Positions 17,204 through 27,276 of a DNA stretch of 53,229 nucleotides are shown here, piece after piece. The stretch covers positions 1 through 53,229 of IMG/VR virus record IMGVR_UViG_3300027690_000140; one strand, written 5' to 3'. Every line of letters begins with the position of its first letter. Within the stretch, counting starts at the first letter, position 1. The notes beneath the pieces were generated by a model. The model worked only from the letters and a program-made list of their open reading frames with translations. It was not told where the DNA came from and did not search any database. Both the position numbers and the translations under genes were made by a program. This stretch comes from a virus. Its lineage: Duplodnaviria; Caudoviricetes.

Positions 17204-20200
17204 CTTCCCAATGCTCTTTCAGAGGTTAAACTATTCTGCGTTTCAAGTATTGACCTTATTGCGTACAATTCCTTTGTGTTGGTATTGATCTGCCTGACTT
17301 CATTTTCTACGTTCCTGACCACTGCGAGGCTTTCCAAAGCGTTTATCCGTATTGCTCCCATCTGTCCTGCTATCAATCCTGCGGTTTCTTCCGTTACTCC
17401 CTTAATTGCGCCTGCAAGTCCTTTTTCTTGTGTTCCTCCCAAGAGATCCCCGAAATTCAGGTTTAAACCTTCTGTGAGTGTTTTCCAGCCTTCCTCTGAT
17501 GCCCGTATCATGTTATCCCAGGTTGACTGGAGCTTAGTTACTTCTTCCGGGGTCAGTCTGCCTTCACTTTCACTCATAGAGGCAAAGAGATCGTAAAACT
17601 CCTGAACCTGCTTTTCGAGAAACTGCCGTTTGAAGGTATTCACCACTGCATTTTTCATGGAATCTTCAAACGTATCGGCAAAATCTTCAATACTGATTTT
17701 CCCTTCCCTGAATGCTGATGCAATGCTGTCTACAAGGCCGTCTTTGGTTGTGCCGGTCAGTTCTGAGTGTAACTCGTTAATCAGGTCGGCTTTCTGTTCC
17801 AGAAGTTGTTTATACTGGTCGGTAAGAATTTGCAGTGTTTCAGCATCAAAAACATACCCTCCCGGTTTTGCGAGCATTTTCTGAAAATCCTCCATGCTCC
17901 ATTTACTCGTATCTACATCTTGTAATACTTTAGTTCTCGATGATGCTCCATACCCGTATTCCTGTACCTTAAAATTTTTAATCTGGTTGGTGATGTTTTT
18001 AACCTGCCTTTCAATTTCATTCAGTACTTCAGAAGTCTGACCAAGCCATGAAACTTTATCCAGTTCATTTAAAAGTTCAAGCTGATAGGAGAGGAGTTTG
18101 TTAGTTTTATCAATACTTTGATTAAGTTTTTCAATTTTTTCAGCATGGATTTCTTCAAAGGTCTTTTTATCCTTCTTGAACATTTGTATTACGGAAGAAA
18201 GAGCCTTAATGCCTCCGGAGATAACCTGAAAAAGATTTCCCGTACCCAGGCCGGTTGCAATATCTGATATACCCTGTATAGCCTGTCCGAATTTATTAAT
18301 GGTCTTTGCAAGGTTTTCGTCAAGTTCTGCAAACAGTTCAGCGCTTTCACTTACCAGATTTCCGATTTCATAAAACCTGTCCCCGAGAAATTTCAACTTT
18401 GCTTTTTGAGCAAATTTCTTTAGTTCTTCACCGAGTTTTTTATAATCCAGTTCGGGTTCGATCTGCATTTTAAATTCAACATCCTCAATCTCATGCAATA
18501 CTTCATCATAAAAACCCTGTAGTATTTCCTCAGTAGCATCATCCATCTGCTTTTTATAGAGCCCGAGCATCTGTTTCATATCTTCGCTCTGGGTTTCATT
18601 TATCCCCGTCTCAGCAAGTTCGAGGTTTATTGCCTTTAGTTCCTTAATGTGATCCCTGTATTCCGTTTTGAGGGTTTCAAGGTATTCTGCCCATGTATTG
18701 CCTTTTTCGGTGTATAGAGAGTATTCGTCCTTTACTTCTTCCAGAAAACCTGCTTTACGGAGCAATTCATATTCTTTCCATGCCTGCTTTGCCGTATCAA
18801 GGTTATCCAGGAATTTCTCCAGGGCTTTTTCGGGATCGTATCCGTCGTCTCTTCCTTTTCCATCCTCTCCCTCAGTTTTGACTTCCACTTTTACCGGTTC
18901 ACGGACAATCCCTTTTAAATCATCAATGAGTAATTTGGTATTGGATATTTTGCCCTGTAATTCAGCAAGCTGGTTTTGTAGTTTGACAATTTCACCCTCT
19001 GAGAAATCCACCTTCGTTGCTTTACCCCCGAAAGTTGCTACATATTTACCTCCGAAAACTAATTCTGCCTGTATGGTTTTAACCTGTTCCTCATATCTTT
19101 TAAGCGCACTTTCGTTCTCCTTGATGGCTTTCCGGTTCATGTATTCCGACAGGCGCTGATGCCTTTCCAATGCTTCCTCCGCTTTTTCGGCACTTATGCC
19201 TATTGCTTTGCCGTACTTATCCCATGCTGTAGTAGCGGTAGGAAGGTTGGAGGAAATAATACTAACTATTTTTTCGAGCTCTGTCTGTTCGTCTTTGCTT
19301 AACTCTGCTTTTTTGGTTAATTCCTCGTATCGGGAAATAAGAGGTTTTAATTCCTTTTCAAGTTTTTGTGTTTTTTCTGCCAGTTCAAAAGACTTGTCGG
19401 CTGTACTTTTAAACATCTCATTGGCATTTTTGGCAAAGTTTTGAGCAATCCTGAGGAGTGAATCCCCGTAATCTTTCATCTTTGCTTTAAGATTGTTACC
19501 AAGGATTTTTAACTGAACATCTGCCGTGTTATTCATAACCTCGAATGCCGATGAAGCTGCTCCGACCGAGTTTCCCATTTCCTTGAAATCTTCAGCTGCC
19601 ATTTCTGCATTCTTTCCGGTAGCTGCAAGAACCGCCACCAGTGCTTCATCTGAACCTAACATCTTTTTTAACTCCGTATCAGAACCTTTTGCAGCTTCCC
19701 TCACTTTTATAAAAGCTTCCTGCAAAGTCATAGACTCCGACCATCCGTCTCCCAGGGATTTATTCAGTCCCATAATAGCTGCTCTCATTCTGGTCATGGC
19801 TTCTGCCGTTGGAATACCCTGTTTGGTGAGAGTAGCGATCATTCCGGAAACTTCCTCGAAAGAAATACCCATAGCAGATGCCAAAGGTGCGACCTGTGCA
19901 ATAGACCTTGAAATTTCCTCGAAAGTGGTTTTACCGAGCCTTACCGTGGTAAACATAATATCCGAAACCTTCCCGACTTCTTCTGCTTCCATTTTCCATG
20001 CATTCAGCACGGTAGTGAGCCCGTCCGCTGCGGTAATTGTATCTGTAACCCCGGCAACGGCAGCCCTGGAAGATTTTTCAAGAATTTCCAGTCCTTTTGC
20101 TCCGTCATGCCCGGCAGAAACAATCTGATAATAGGCTTTGGTTAATTGAGTGGCAGTATCCGGAACGGATTTGGAGAGATGTACAAGGCTGTTTGCAATA

Positions 20201-20466
20201 CCGTCATAATTTTCCTGCGTTGCCCTGGAAATAGTTTGTACTTCTTTTAATGCTGTCTGGAATTCCTTACTGAATTGATAAGCGGATACAGAAGCTTTGG
20301 AAAATGCTAAACCCGCACTTATTCCTATACCTGCAAACACATCAAATCCGGTAACCTGGCTGGCAAAGGTTTTTATTAAACCTTTTCCTTCTGCAATACC
20401 CTGTTTAAGACCGGAATTGTCCAGTTCTGATTTCCAATACAGGCTGTTTCCACTTTTCAGGCTCAT
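17200..20466 (-). CDS. Tail tape measure protein (TP901 family)
   Basis: >1080 aa, helical; TVRLGKTTFEE core; ATG at 20466 overlaps the upstream TGA. Confidence 0.93.
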   Translation of the reverse strand: MSLKSGNSLYWKSELDNSGLKQGIAEGKGLIKTFASQVTGFDVFAGIGISAGLAFSKASVSAYQFSKEFQTALKEVQTISRATQENYDGIANSLVHLSKSVPDTATQLTKAYYQIVSAGHDGAKGLEILEKSSRAAVAGVTDTITAADGLTTVLNAWKMEAEEVGKVSDIMFTTVRLGKTTFEEISRSIAQVAPLASAMGISFEEVSGMIATLTKQGIPTAEAMTRMRAAIMGLNKSLGDGWSESMTLQEAFIKVREAAKGSDTELKKMLGSDEALVAVLAATGKNAEMAAEDFKEMGNSVGAASSAFEVMNNTADVQLKILGNNLKAKMKDYGDSLLRIAQNFAKNANEMFKSTADKSFELAEKTQKLEKELKPLISRYEELTKKAELSKDEQTELEKIVSIISSNLPTATTAWDKYGKAIGISAEKAEEALERHQRLSEYMNRKAIKENESALKRYEEQVKTIQAELVFGGKYVATFGGKATKVDFSEGEIVKLQNQLAELQGKISNTKLLIDDLKGIVREPVKVEVKTEGEDGKGRDDGYDPEKALEKFLDNLDTAKQAWKEYELLRKAGFLEEVKDEYSLYTEKGNTWAEYLETLKTEYRDHIKELKAINLELAETGINETQSEDMKQMLGLYKKQMDDATEEILQGFYDEVLHEIEDVEFKMQIEPELDYKKLGEELKKFAQKAKLKFLGDRFYEIGNLVSESAELFAELDENLAKTINKFGQAIQGISDIATGLGTGNLFQVISGGIKALSSVIQMFKKDKKTFEEIHAEKIEKLNQSIDKTNKLLSYQLELLNELDKVSWLGQTSEVLNEIERQVKNITNQIKNFKVQEYGYGASSRTKVLQDVDTSKWSMEDFQKMLAKPGGYVFDAETLQILTDQYKQLLEQKADLINELHSELTGTTKDGLVDSIASAFREGKISIEDFADTFEDSMKNAVVNTFKRQFLEKQVQEFYDLFASMSESEGRLTPEEVTKLQSTWDNMIRASEEGWKTLTEGLNLNFGDLLGGTQEKGLAGAIKGVTEETAGLIAGQMGAIRINALESLAVVRNVENEVRQINTNTKELYAIRSILETQNSLTSERALGR

Positions 20467-21118
20467 CACAACATAGTTAGAAGGTTTTCCACGCTGATAG
20501 CATCCTTGTTGTCTTTGTCAGTATATTTCGGGATGGTCGCAAAGTACATGATCAGGTTACAGTAGCTGATCTTCCAAAGTATCTCCTGCCTGCTGAACCT
20601 GAAATACTTTATCGCCGACCCGATTATTGACCAGAGGCTATTATCTCCTCTTTGCTTAACAGGCTCATGCCCCTGACCGACATGATAGAACTCAAAAAAC
20701 CCGAAACGTCCATCTGCCGGACGACTATGTTGAGAAGTTTAAGAATCTCAGCGGAGGTCATATTCTCCCTGATAAAATTTTCCAGTTGTGAAGTATTAGA
20801 ATGGTTGTTTACAATAGCAATAGCTACGATTTTAACCAGTTTGTCTGCATTGTTAGCAATTACCCTGATGGCATATTCCACATGATTTTCCCCTTCCTGG
20901 GGTGGAACAATATTGTCTATTGTTAGTATCTCTTTGGAAATCCGTATCAATGCTCCAAGGCAGACAGGATAGATCACAAACTTTCTTTCCTTTGGAAGTA
21001 TTCCTATCCTTCTTAACAGGTTAGGTTTATCATATGTAACCACAAAATCAATTCCTTCCTGCAATATAGCATTAGCGGTTTCTTCCAGTATTTCCTTTGC
21101 CGTAAATTCTTTTCTCAT
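20466..21118 (-). CDS. Tail assembly chaperone G (20624-21118) and GT fusion by -1 frameshift at G GGT TTT (20696-20702)
   Basis: Canonical X XXY YYZ heptamer; the -1 frame stays open to TGA at 20466-20468 (…SLWSIIGSAIKYFRFSRQEILWKISYCNLIMY…). Confidence 0.8.
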
Positions 21119-21137
21119 TTCGGATTAATTAAAATAA

Positions 21138-21159
21138 GCCCCCGGATTATACCGAGGGC
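21138..21159 (-). terminator. Hairpin/partial terminator after the major tail gene
   Basis: GCCCCCGG/CCGAGGGC stem with TTATTTT on the minus strand. Confidence 0.55.
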
Positions 21160-21165
21160 ATAGGG

Positions 21166-21714
21166 TTAGGTTTTCGGTATTCGTTTGATCTTAATTGCCG
21201 GAATAGCCGTACCAGAACCATTGTAGTTAGCCTGAACATCGGCTACTATGTTAATGATTGCGGTATCGTCTTTTACGAACTTACCATCGAGTTTTGCCCT
21301 TACCAGTGCATTGTAGATGGTAATTTCGAAATGGTAATCTCCGAAATCCTCCGAAATAAGTTTTACCGCTTTATTAATCGGGGATTCAGACAAAGGAGCT
21401 TCCCATACGTTGTTATATCCGACCGTACCTTCATCAGATACAGATCCCCCGAACCATTCTTTCAGTGTGTCCGGCATAATATTACGTATTCCAAAAGCCA
21501 CGGACTTCAATCGTTTTGTGTCCGGTACGCTGACATAGGGATCATCCTGTCCTTCCACGAAAATATCCGTCTTTGACGTTTCTTCAAAAGTCATGGAAAC
21601 GGAACCCGGAACAATCTGTTCTACAGGGGTGGTAGATGATGGAAATGATCCATCCGCCTGAACAGCCCCAAAGACCACAGATTTTATTCCTATAATTGAT
21701 TTTTCACCTGCCAT
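21166..21714 (-). CDS. Major tail tube protein
   Basis: Size and position between the tail terminator and the chaperone. Confidence 0.75.
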   Translation of the reverse strand: MAGEKSIIGIKSVVFGAVQADGSFPSSTTPVEQIVPGSVSMTFEETSKTDIFVEGQDDPYVSVPDTKRLKSVAFGIRNIMPDTLKEWFGGSVSDEGTVGYNNVWEAPLSESPINKAVKLISEDFGDYHFEITIYNALVRAKLDGKFVKDDTAIINIVADVQANYNGSGTAIPAIKIKRIPKT

Positions 21715-21725
21715 GTTACTAAGTA

Positions 21726-22118
21726 TTAAAGATTTTCAACAATGTAAATTATTCTGAGGTTGCAGTAACTTTCGTCATTCTCTGCATCATATACTGCCTG
21801 ACTTTCAATTTCAAAACGCCAGTAATTGCCTTCATGTATATAGGCTTTAACTGCACTGACCACTTTTTCTGATATGGTTTTAAGCCTGGCTCTGTTTGGC
21901 CTTCCGTCTGAAATGTTTTTTACAAACACATTGACATTAATCAATCCCTGTAATACCACTTCTTCATTGTTATTATACAATGGAGCAATAACCACATCCT
22001 CCTTGCCTGAATTCAACGGCCGACGGTCTTTATAGACTCCGCCTGAGATTTCAGACGTGACAGAAGGTACGTTTATGATTTCGTATAACTTATCGCTTAT
22101 GTCAAATGTCAGTTTCAT
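21726..22118 (-). CDS. Tail completion/terminator protein
   Basis: GGVYKD.RPLNS.KEDVVI Bacteroidota phage pattern; synteny. Confidence 0.65.
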   Translation of the reverse strand: MKLTFDISDKLYEIINVPSVTSEISGGVYKDRRPLNSGKEDVVIAPLYNNNEEVVLQGLINVNVFVKNISDGRPNRARLKTISEKVVSAVKAYIHEGNYWRFEIESQAVYDAENDESYCNLRIIYIVENL

Positions 22119-22537
22119 TTCAATGCACCAAACAGTTTTTTAAGCAGGGAGGCAGAGCCGTTTGTGAATGCAGACAATACCTGTCGTCCCCGTGATTCCA
22201 CTTTCCCTGCGTAGTTCATTCCTGCGGTTACTACTAACACATATCCTTTCGATTCTCTGGTAACTTCCTGTGCCAGTTCTTCACCTGCGGATTTTCCTTC
22301 TGATTTTTCTCCGGGAAAGGATTTGTCCTTAATCCTTCCGTCCAACCCTATGGTATATCCGATAGATGAACGGAGGTTTCCGGTGATGTCCCTGTACGTG
22401 CCTCCGGTTCTTGCCCTATTGACAAAATCCTCACCCACATACTGAAACATCCTCATAATTTTGGAATCAGCATCCTTTTCAAACTTTTCAAAAGCTTTAT
22501 CAATGTCGCCTGCGTTAAATTCCGGATTTAAACCCAT
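22115..22537 (-). CDS. Neck protein (HK97 gp10-like)
   Basis: TGNLRSSI and AGMNYA..VE motifs. Confidence 0.8.
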   Translation of the reverse strand: MGLNPEFNAGDIDKAFEKFEKDADSKIMRMFQYVGEDFVNRARTGGTYRDITGNLRSSIGYTIGLDGRIKDKSFPGEKSEGKSAGEELAQEVTRESKGYVLVVTAGMNYAGKVESRGRQVLSAFTNGSASLLKKLFGALK

Positions 22538-22824
22538 ATCCTTATATGTCTCTGGTATTTTGCCAGCCTTCCGGTAAATTCTCCTTCAGTCAGTACAACC
22601 TTTACATAAGGTGGAAATTCCTCGGTAATAAGAGGTGCATATATCACCCAACCTAATGAAGGGGGATTGTCTCCTTCTGCACCTGGTATCCATTTGGAGT
22701 TGTTAGGTTCAAGCCTGCATATTGTAGATACGCTGTGATCTGCACCTTCCACCGCTTCCCCGTTTACAGTAGTCGGTGGATCATTCCACTTAATAATACA
22801 TGTATGTGGATACCTTTTTACCAT
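22528..22824 (-). CDS. Head closure protein
   Basis: Synteny and size. Confidence 0.55.
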   Translation of the reverse strand: MVKRYPHTCIIKWNDPPTTVNGEAVEGADHSVSTICRLEPNNSKWIPGAEGDNPPSLGWVIYAPLITEEFPPYVKVVLTEGEFTGRLAKYQRHIRIWV

Positions 22825-23126
22825 ATCGATTCGCTTTCTATAACTGGAAGACTGCCTGATAACAGACCATACCTGTTAAGAATTTCATACCTCATATCTG
22901 AAAGGGCTTTTCTGTCGTATTGAACTGATAATCCGCCTTCTGATAGGGAAGGAGGGGTTGTCATCAGAACAAAGCAGAGGTCTGCAGCGCAAAGTTCAAT
23001 ATCCTTTTTATGCTCCGCTGAATAAGGATCAGTGGAAACAATATCCCTGTCGACAAATATCTTATCCATTATCGATTCCTCGACTTCAAATGGAAACATT
23101 GCCTGCAGAGCCTCTTTCTTTGTCAT
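22818..23126 (-). CDS. Head-tail adaptor
   Basis: SEGGLS motif; directly after the capsid gene. Confidence 0.65.
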   Translation of the reverse strand: MTKKEALQAMFPFEVEESIMDKIFVDRDIVSTDPYSAEHKKDIELCAADLCFVLMTTPPSLSEGGLSVQYDRKALSDMRYEILNRYGLLSGSLPVIESESIW

Positions 23127-23141
23127 GTCAGTATATCTTGA

Positions 23142-24221
23142 CTATGCAGGTTCAGTGTCCAGAATGAAACACTTATCTACATTAGTCCATGAAGGGAATG
23201 AGTTCAGTTCGCAACCCGTAAATTCAGCATACGGATCAGTTTCTGCCCATTTCTTGATCAATACCCGGTTATACTCAGCATAGGTTACATGCTTAGCCTG
23301 AAATTGTTTTTCAACAATAGGAGCATTGTACATTTTGCCAAGCAATCCGGCGGGCAGAAAAGAGACCATATTATCCACGAAAGGATTGGAGTAGGTAACT
23401 ACACCGTCAGTTTCAATTCCGATAGATGCGTTGATGATGATGATTTTCGGTAGTCCTTCGGCTGTCAGAAATTCATTCACTTTTTCCAGGGTGGAATTTA
23501 CCAGTGCATCTTTATTGGAATAAAAGAAAGAGGACAAGTATTCCTTTACCTCGTTGGCTTTACGGAAATTGTCGAAAGTACCTCTTTTCATCAGCATTCT
23601 TTCGAGAAGTATCCCGTTGGCTTCTGCTTCCTTTACAATTCCAATAATATCGGTGATCGGTTTGGAAGTGGTGCTTCCTATACTCCATTTGGCAGTTGCA
23701 TCTTTTTTATTTCCCGAAGGCATTCCAAAATCCACTTCGCTTTCGAGTATAGTGCCGTCCGGGTTGTTAACCGTGGTAAGAGTGATTTTTCCGGTTGAAA
23801 TTGCTTCCAGTGCGAAAATATCCAGCCTCTTATGAGGTGCTTCCGATGCATTGCGTACATCGTCAAAAATCAGGTCAAGAATAGCTTTCTGGTCAACATT
23901 TGCCATGCTTGACATAGCAATGTATTCCAAGAGGTCTTTTTCTGACATTCTGAACTTTTCACGAATAGAGGGTATGTTACCCGATAGTTTCCTTACGGCT
24001 CTACGGGTACGGAGAGGAGCTGCAACGTCATAAGCTACAACGGATGCAGCTGCGCCGGATTTGCTGTCGCCGATAATGGTTTCATAGCTTATTGTGGAAG
24101 TATCCCTCCATTCAAAGAAATTTGGCCATATAATCGGTCTGAACATTTCCTGAGTCCGGTCTATTAATGCCTGTAAGTTTCGCCCTTGTGCGAATTCCTT
24201 AATGATTGATTGTCTTTCCAT
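23142..24221 (-). CDS. Major capsid protein (phage cap E-like)
   Basis: 359 aa; AASVVAYD..APL and A.STGK motifs; synteny. Confidence 0.88.
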   Translation of the reverse strand: MERQSIIKEFAQGRNLQALIDRTQEMFRPIIWPNFFEWRDTSTISYETIIGDSKSGAAASVVAYDVAAPLRTRRAVRKLSGNIPSIREKFRMSEKDLLEYIAMSSMANVDQKAILDLIFDDVRNASEAPHKRLDIFALEAISTGKITLTTVNNPDGTILESEVDFGMPSGNKKDATAKWSIGSTTSKPITDIIGIVKEAEANGILLERMLMKRGTFDNFRKANEVKEYLSSFFYSNKDALVNSTLEKVNEFLTAEGLPKIIIINASIGIETDGVVTYSNPFVDNMVSFLPAGLLGKMYNAPIVEKQFQAKHVTYAEYNRVLIKKWAETDPYAEFTGCELNSFPSWTNVDKCFILDTEPA

Positions 24222-24246
24222 TTCTTACTGATTTTAAGGGTTAAAC

Positions 24247-24831
24247 TTATCGTGACTGAGACCAGATGATGTGAGGCAGAGAGCTTTTCTTTCCTGACGG
24301 ACAGCCGGTAGTACGCCTTTCGTATAATGTGCCCCTGAGGACAACACTTACCATGTCGTTTGGCTGATCAGGTTTAAAGCGGTTCTTCAACACACCGTTT
24401 GGGGTGAATAAATAAGCTGCTGTTGTTGCTCCTGCGGCTGAACTTAACCACAGAATATCTCCTTCGGTAAGATCGAGAGCAGTTGCTACCGTGATAGTGT
24501 CATAGTCAGCATTACTCTTGTCGATTGCGGTAATTGCATAAGCAGTACCACCGACTGTTTTTGCGACAATATCACCTACGGCGAGGCAATGGTCTTTCTT
24601 GATTTTCTGACTGGTGCTGTTAGCGGTTGCATAAACCACAGCTGTCTTATCAATATTGACCTTCCTCGTTGCTTCGTCAAACGAAACCAGTGAGCCAGCA
24701 GGAACTTCATCAACACCGGTTAATTCCGTGTTGGTAGAATCGATGGTAAAACCACCTTGGGCAACTTCCAGTATTTTTTGCCATACTTCCATGCCCTGTA
24801 TTGCAGAGGATTGTTTTACATAAAGTCCCAT
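24247..24831 (-). CDS. Head decoration protein
   Basis: Between scaffold and capsid genes; GGF..D, V.RGTLYERR. Confidence 0.65.
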   Translation of the reverse strand: MGLYVKQSSAIQGMEVWQKILEVAQGGFTIDSTNTELTGVDEVPAGSLVSFDEATRKVNIDKTAVVYATANSTSQKIKKDHCLAVGDIVAKTVGGTAYAITAIDKSNADYDTITVATALDLTEGDILWLSSAAGATTAAYLFTPNGVLKNRFKPDQPNDMVSVVLRGTLYERRTTGCPSGKKSSLPHIIWSQSR

Positions 24832-24848
24832 TTGTTACAAATTTTAGG

Positions 24849-25514
24849 TTATTCAATAGGTTGAACTTTCACATTTGAAGCCGCAATCTTGGTTTTTGCA
24901 TAATCCTCAATGACAGCTTCCGTGATGGAAGGTGTATCGCTTCCTCTTGGTGGAACGTGCCCGCTTTTTATAGCTTCGTCAATGATCGACTGTTTCATTG
25001 CCTTGTACCCATTTTCCAGTGCCGATACCACCTCGTCGATTTTATCTTCACTATCAATGTTTACATGATTGGCGTACACTTCAGGAATACCTTTTTCCTT
25101 TAATCTGGAAAGGAAAGATTCTCTCAGGGTCTGCTGTTTGTTTTTCTGAATAATCCCGTTCATCAGGTTGTTAAGGTTTTGTATCTGTTCGCTCAGTGTT
25201 TTCACTTCCGGATTTACAATCCCTTCTGTCGATGGAGTTCCGTTATCATTCTTCTTTTCAGCAATCTTCTTTTCAAATGTCTGCAATGCCTGCGTGACCC
25301 TTCTGTCAGTTTCACTTTGCAGCATGCGTTGAAAATCTTCTTCGTAACCGTTTTCCTTGAGAAAATCGGACAGGCTTTTTCTAGCCTGCTTTTCTTTGAG
25401 AGCTTTAACTGCACCTTCTATTTGATCTTCAGAATCAACTTTTATCTGGCTTGCCAAGTCCTCTGACAACCCTTGCTTTTTAAGTGCTGCCAAAATGAGT
25501 GCTTTTAAATCCAT
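24849..25514 (-). CDS. Capsid scaffolding protein
   Basis: Charged coiled coil with SETDRRVTQA motif. Confidence 0.75.
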   Translation of the reverse strand: MDLKALILAALKKQGLSEDLASQIKVDSEDQIEGAVKALKEKQARKSLSDFLKENGYEEDFQRMLQSETDRRVTQALQTFEKKIAEKKNDNGTPSTEGIVNPEVKTLSEQIQNLNNLMNGIIQKNKQQTLRESFLSRLKEKGIPEVYANHVNIDSEDKIDEVVSALENGYKAMKQSIIDEAIKSGHVPPRGSDTPSITEAVIEDYAKTKIAASNVKVQPIE

Positions 25515-25524
25515 ATATAAATTT

Positions 25525-25818
25525 TTAAAGTAATGTCACATATTTGCGTTCCTGGACAATAATCGTCACCCTCCATCCTTTGTACTGTGTCCCGAATTCC
25601 TTCAGAATATCTTCCGCAATACTCCGGACTTTCTCCGTACTCAGGTTTTCCGAATAGTTAAGTGTGATGATTTTGTCCACTGCGTTTACACCGGTAACAG
25701 GGTTCAATGAGGAAAATTCATCCACCCTTTCTTTAAGTAGTTTGTAGGAAAATTTTTGACCGGTTTGTTTTTCTTGAACTTGCTGAGTAGTTTCTGTTTC
25801 AGCTGGTTTTTTACCCAT
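25525..25818 (-). CDS. Hypothetical protein
   Basis: ORF in the head operon. Confidence 0.65.
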   Translation of the reverse strand: MGKKPAETETTQQVQEKQTGQKFSYKLLKERVDEFSSLNPVTGVNAVDKIITLNYSENLSTEKVRSIAEDILKEFGTQYKGWRVTIIVQERKYVTLL

Positions 25819-25916
25819 AATACATTTGTAAAAGTTACTGTTAACAAATGTATTGAACTTGGTTTTCCGAATATACTAAATAGGGTATCAGCTATTCACG
25901 GCAGAAATGCAGTTAT

Positions 25917-26930
25917 TCACTTACCAGGATTGAAGTATTTTACATTATCCTTGAGAAAATACGGAGTACTACCTGATCGTTCATACTTTGACCTCATGAG
26001 GTTTACGTATTTGGAAGCCTGGTTGGGAATGGTATTGATTTTCTTAATGGTAGACAGGGAATCATTCTCTAATTGCCTTACAAATTCTTCAGGAGGCAGC
26101 ATTATGCTTAGGGTATAACAAAAACAGCGTGGATGCCAGCCAAGAAAAACAAAATCAGGAGGATATTTCCCGGTCATCTGGTCACAGATATCCGGCCGGG
26201 GATGACTACCTGATAACTTTACCTCAATTCCTGTAATAAATGGTAATTGCGCCCTCCTTGTTACCTCACTCATACGGTAAGCCATATTGGTTTCGGTAGC
26301 TGCTAACCGTAAAGCATTGGCATAAGCGGATTTATATACTCCTGTTCCGGGTTTTAAAACAACTCCATTCTTTAGGAATAATTTCTTAGGTTCTTTGACA
26401 AGATCCCTGACATCATTTGCAATTGCCCTGGCTGGTTTTCCGACAGCTATTCCATGCCCTAAATAGGTATTGAGTTGGTCCATAACTGCCTTTCCGTTTT
26501 GCCAAACTCTTTTGGACAGATTCATTCCATCCACGGATCGGTTAATGAAGGAGTTCATTGCATTGGCATTTACCTGAAAGTAATCTTTCCTCACTTCTTC
26601 AGTTAAATGAACGTTTTTCAGATGCTGGGATGCAAGAATATCATTCTTTTGATTGGCAAGTTCCCAGTTTTTTACCATTGCCTCTTTTAATATCTGTTCT
26701 GATTTGGTATTAACAACCGCAATAAGTTTGGAGAGTTTCTTTTCGAGTTGCTTTGCATCTTTTAGGTAGAAAGCTTCCGAAGCGGATATATCATACCGGA
26801 GTAATTCCTGAGCAATCTCTTTTATCAGCTGGTCATATGCTTTTTGCGTATTGACATAAGCCAGTTTGACATTCCTGATATTTTTCTTCTCGAATTTACC
26901 TTCCAGGTTGGATTTCTTCATTTCCGGCAA
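25917..26930 (-). CDS. Minor head morphogenesis protein (Mu gpF/SPP1 gp7-like)
   Basis: LSKRVW, RLAATE, DICD and GWHPRCFC motifs. Confidence 0.88.
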   Translation of the reverse strand: MPEMKKSNLEGKFEKKNIRNVKLAYVNTQKAYDQLIKEIAQELLRYDISASEAFYLKDAKQLEKKLSKLIAVVNTKSEQILKEAMVKNWELANQKNDILASQHLKNVHLTEEVRKDYFQVNANAMNSFINRSVDGMNLSKRVWQNGKAVMDQLNTYLGHGIAVGKPARAIANDVRDLVKEPKKLFLKNGVVLKPGTGVYKSAYANALRLAATETNMAYRMSEVTRRAQLPFITGIEVKLSGSHPRPDICDQMTGKYPPDFVFLGWHPRCFCYTLSIMLPPEEFVRQLENDSLSTIKKINTIPNQASKYVNLMRSKYERSGSTPYFLKDNVKYFNPGK

Positions 26931-27276
26931 TTTTGCTGACCATAAAGCTTGGAGGGTTGACTCCCCAGCTTCCGTTATTTCCTGTTTTGTAAGGCTCGGA
27001 TTCCTGCAACATATTACATTTAAAAAGATAGGGGAGAGAGTTTATCTGCATTACTCCTCTGACTTCATAATGAAATTCCGTGATCATTTTCTCCTTCTCA
27101 ATAGAGTAGTCAGAAATACCAAATTCTATAAGCCTTTTCAATGCCGGTTTACCATTGTGCGCCTTCCATGTTTTAGTGCAGTACTTAAAACAGGCTACAT
27201 TATCTTTATGGATTACTCCGTTTATGAACTTAACGAGAGTTTTTGACCTTGGGGATTTTACATGATCTTTGCTCAT
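26896..27276 (-). CDS. Hypothetical protein
   Basis: Overlaps the portal stop codon (ATGA). Confidence 0.55.
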   Translation of the reverse strand: MSKDHVKSPRSKTLVKFINGVIHKDNVACFKYCTKTWKAHNGKPALKRLIEFGISDYSIEKEKMITEFHYEVRGVMQINSLPYLFKCNMLQESEPYKTGNNGSWGVNPPSFMVSKIAGNEEIQPGR

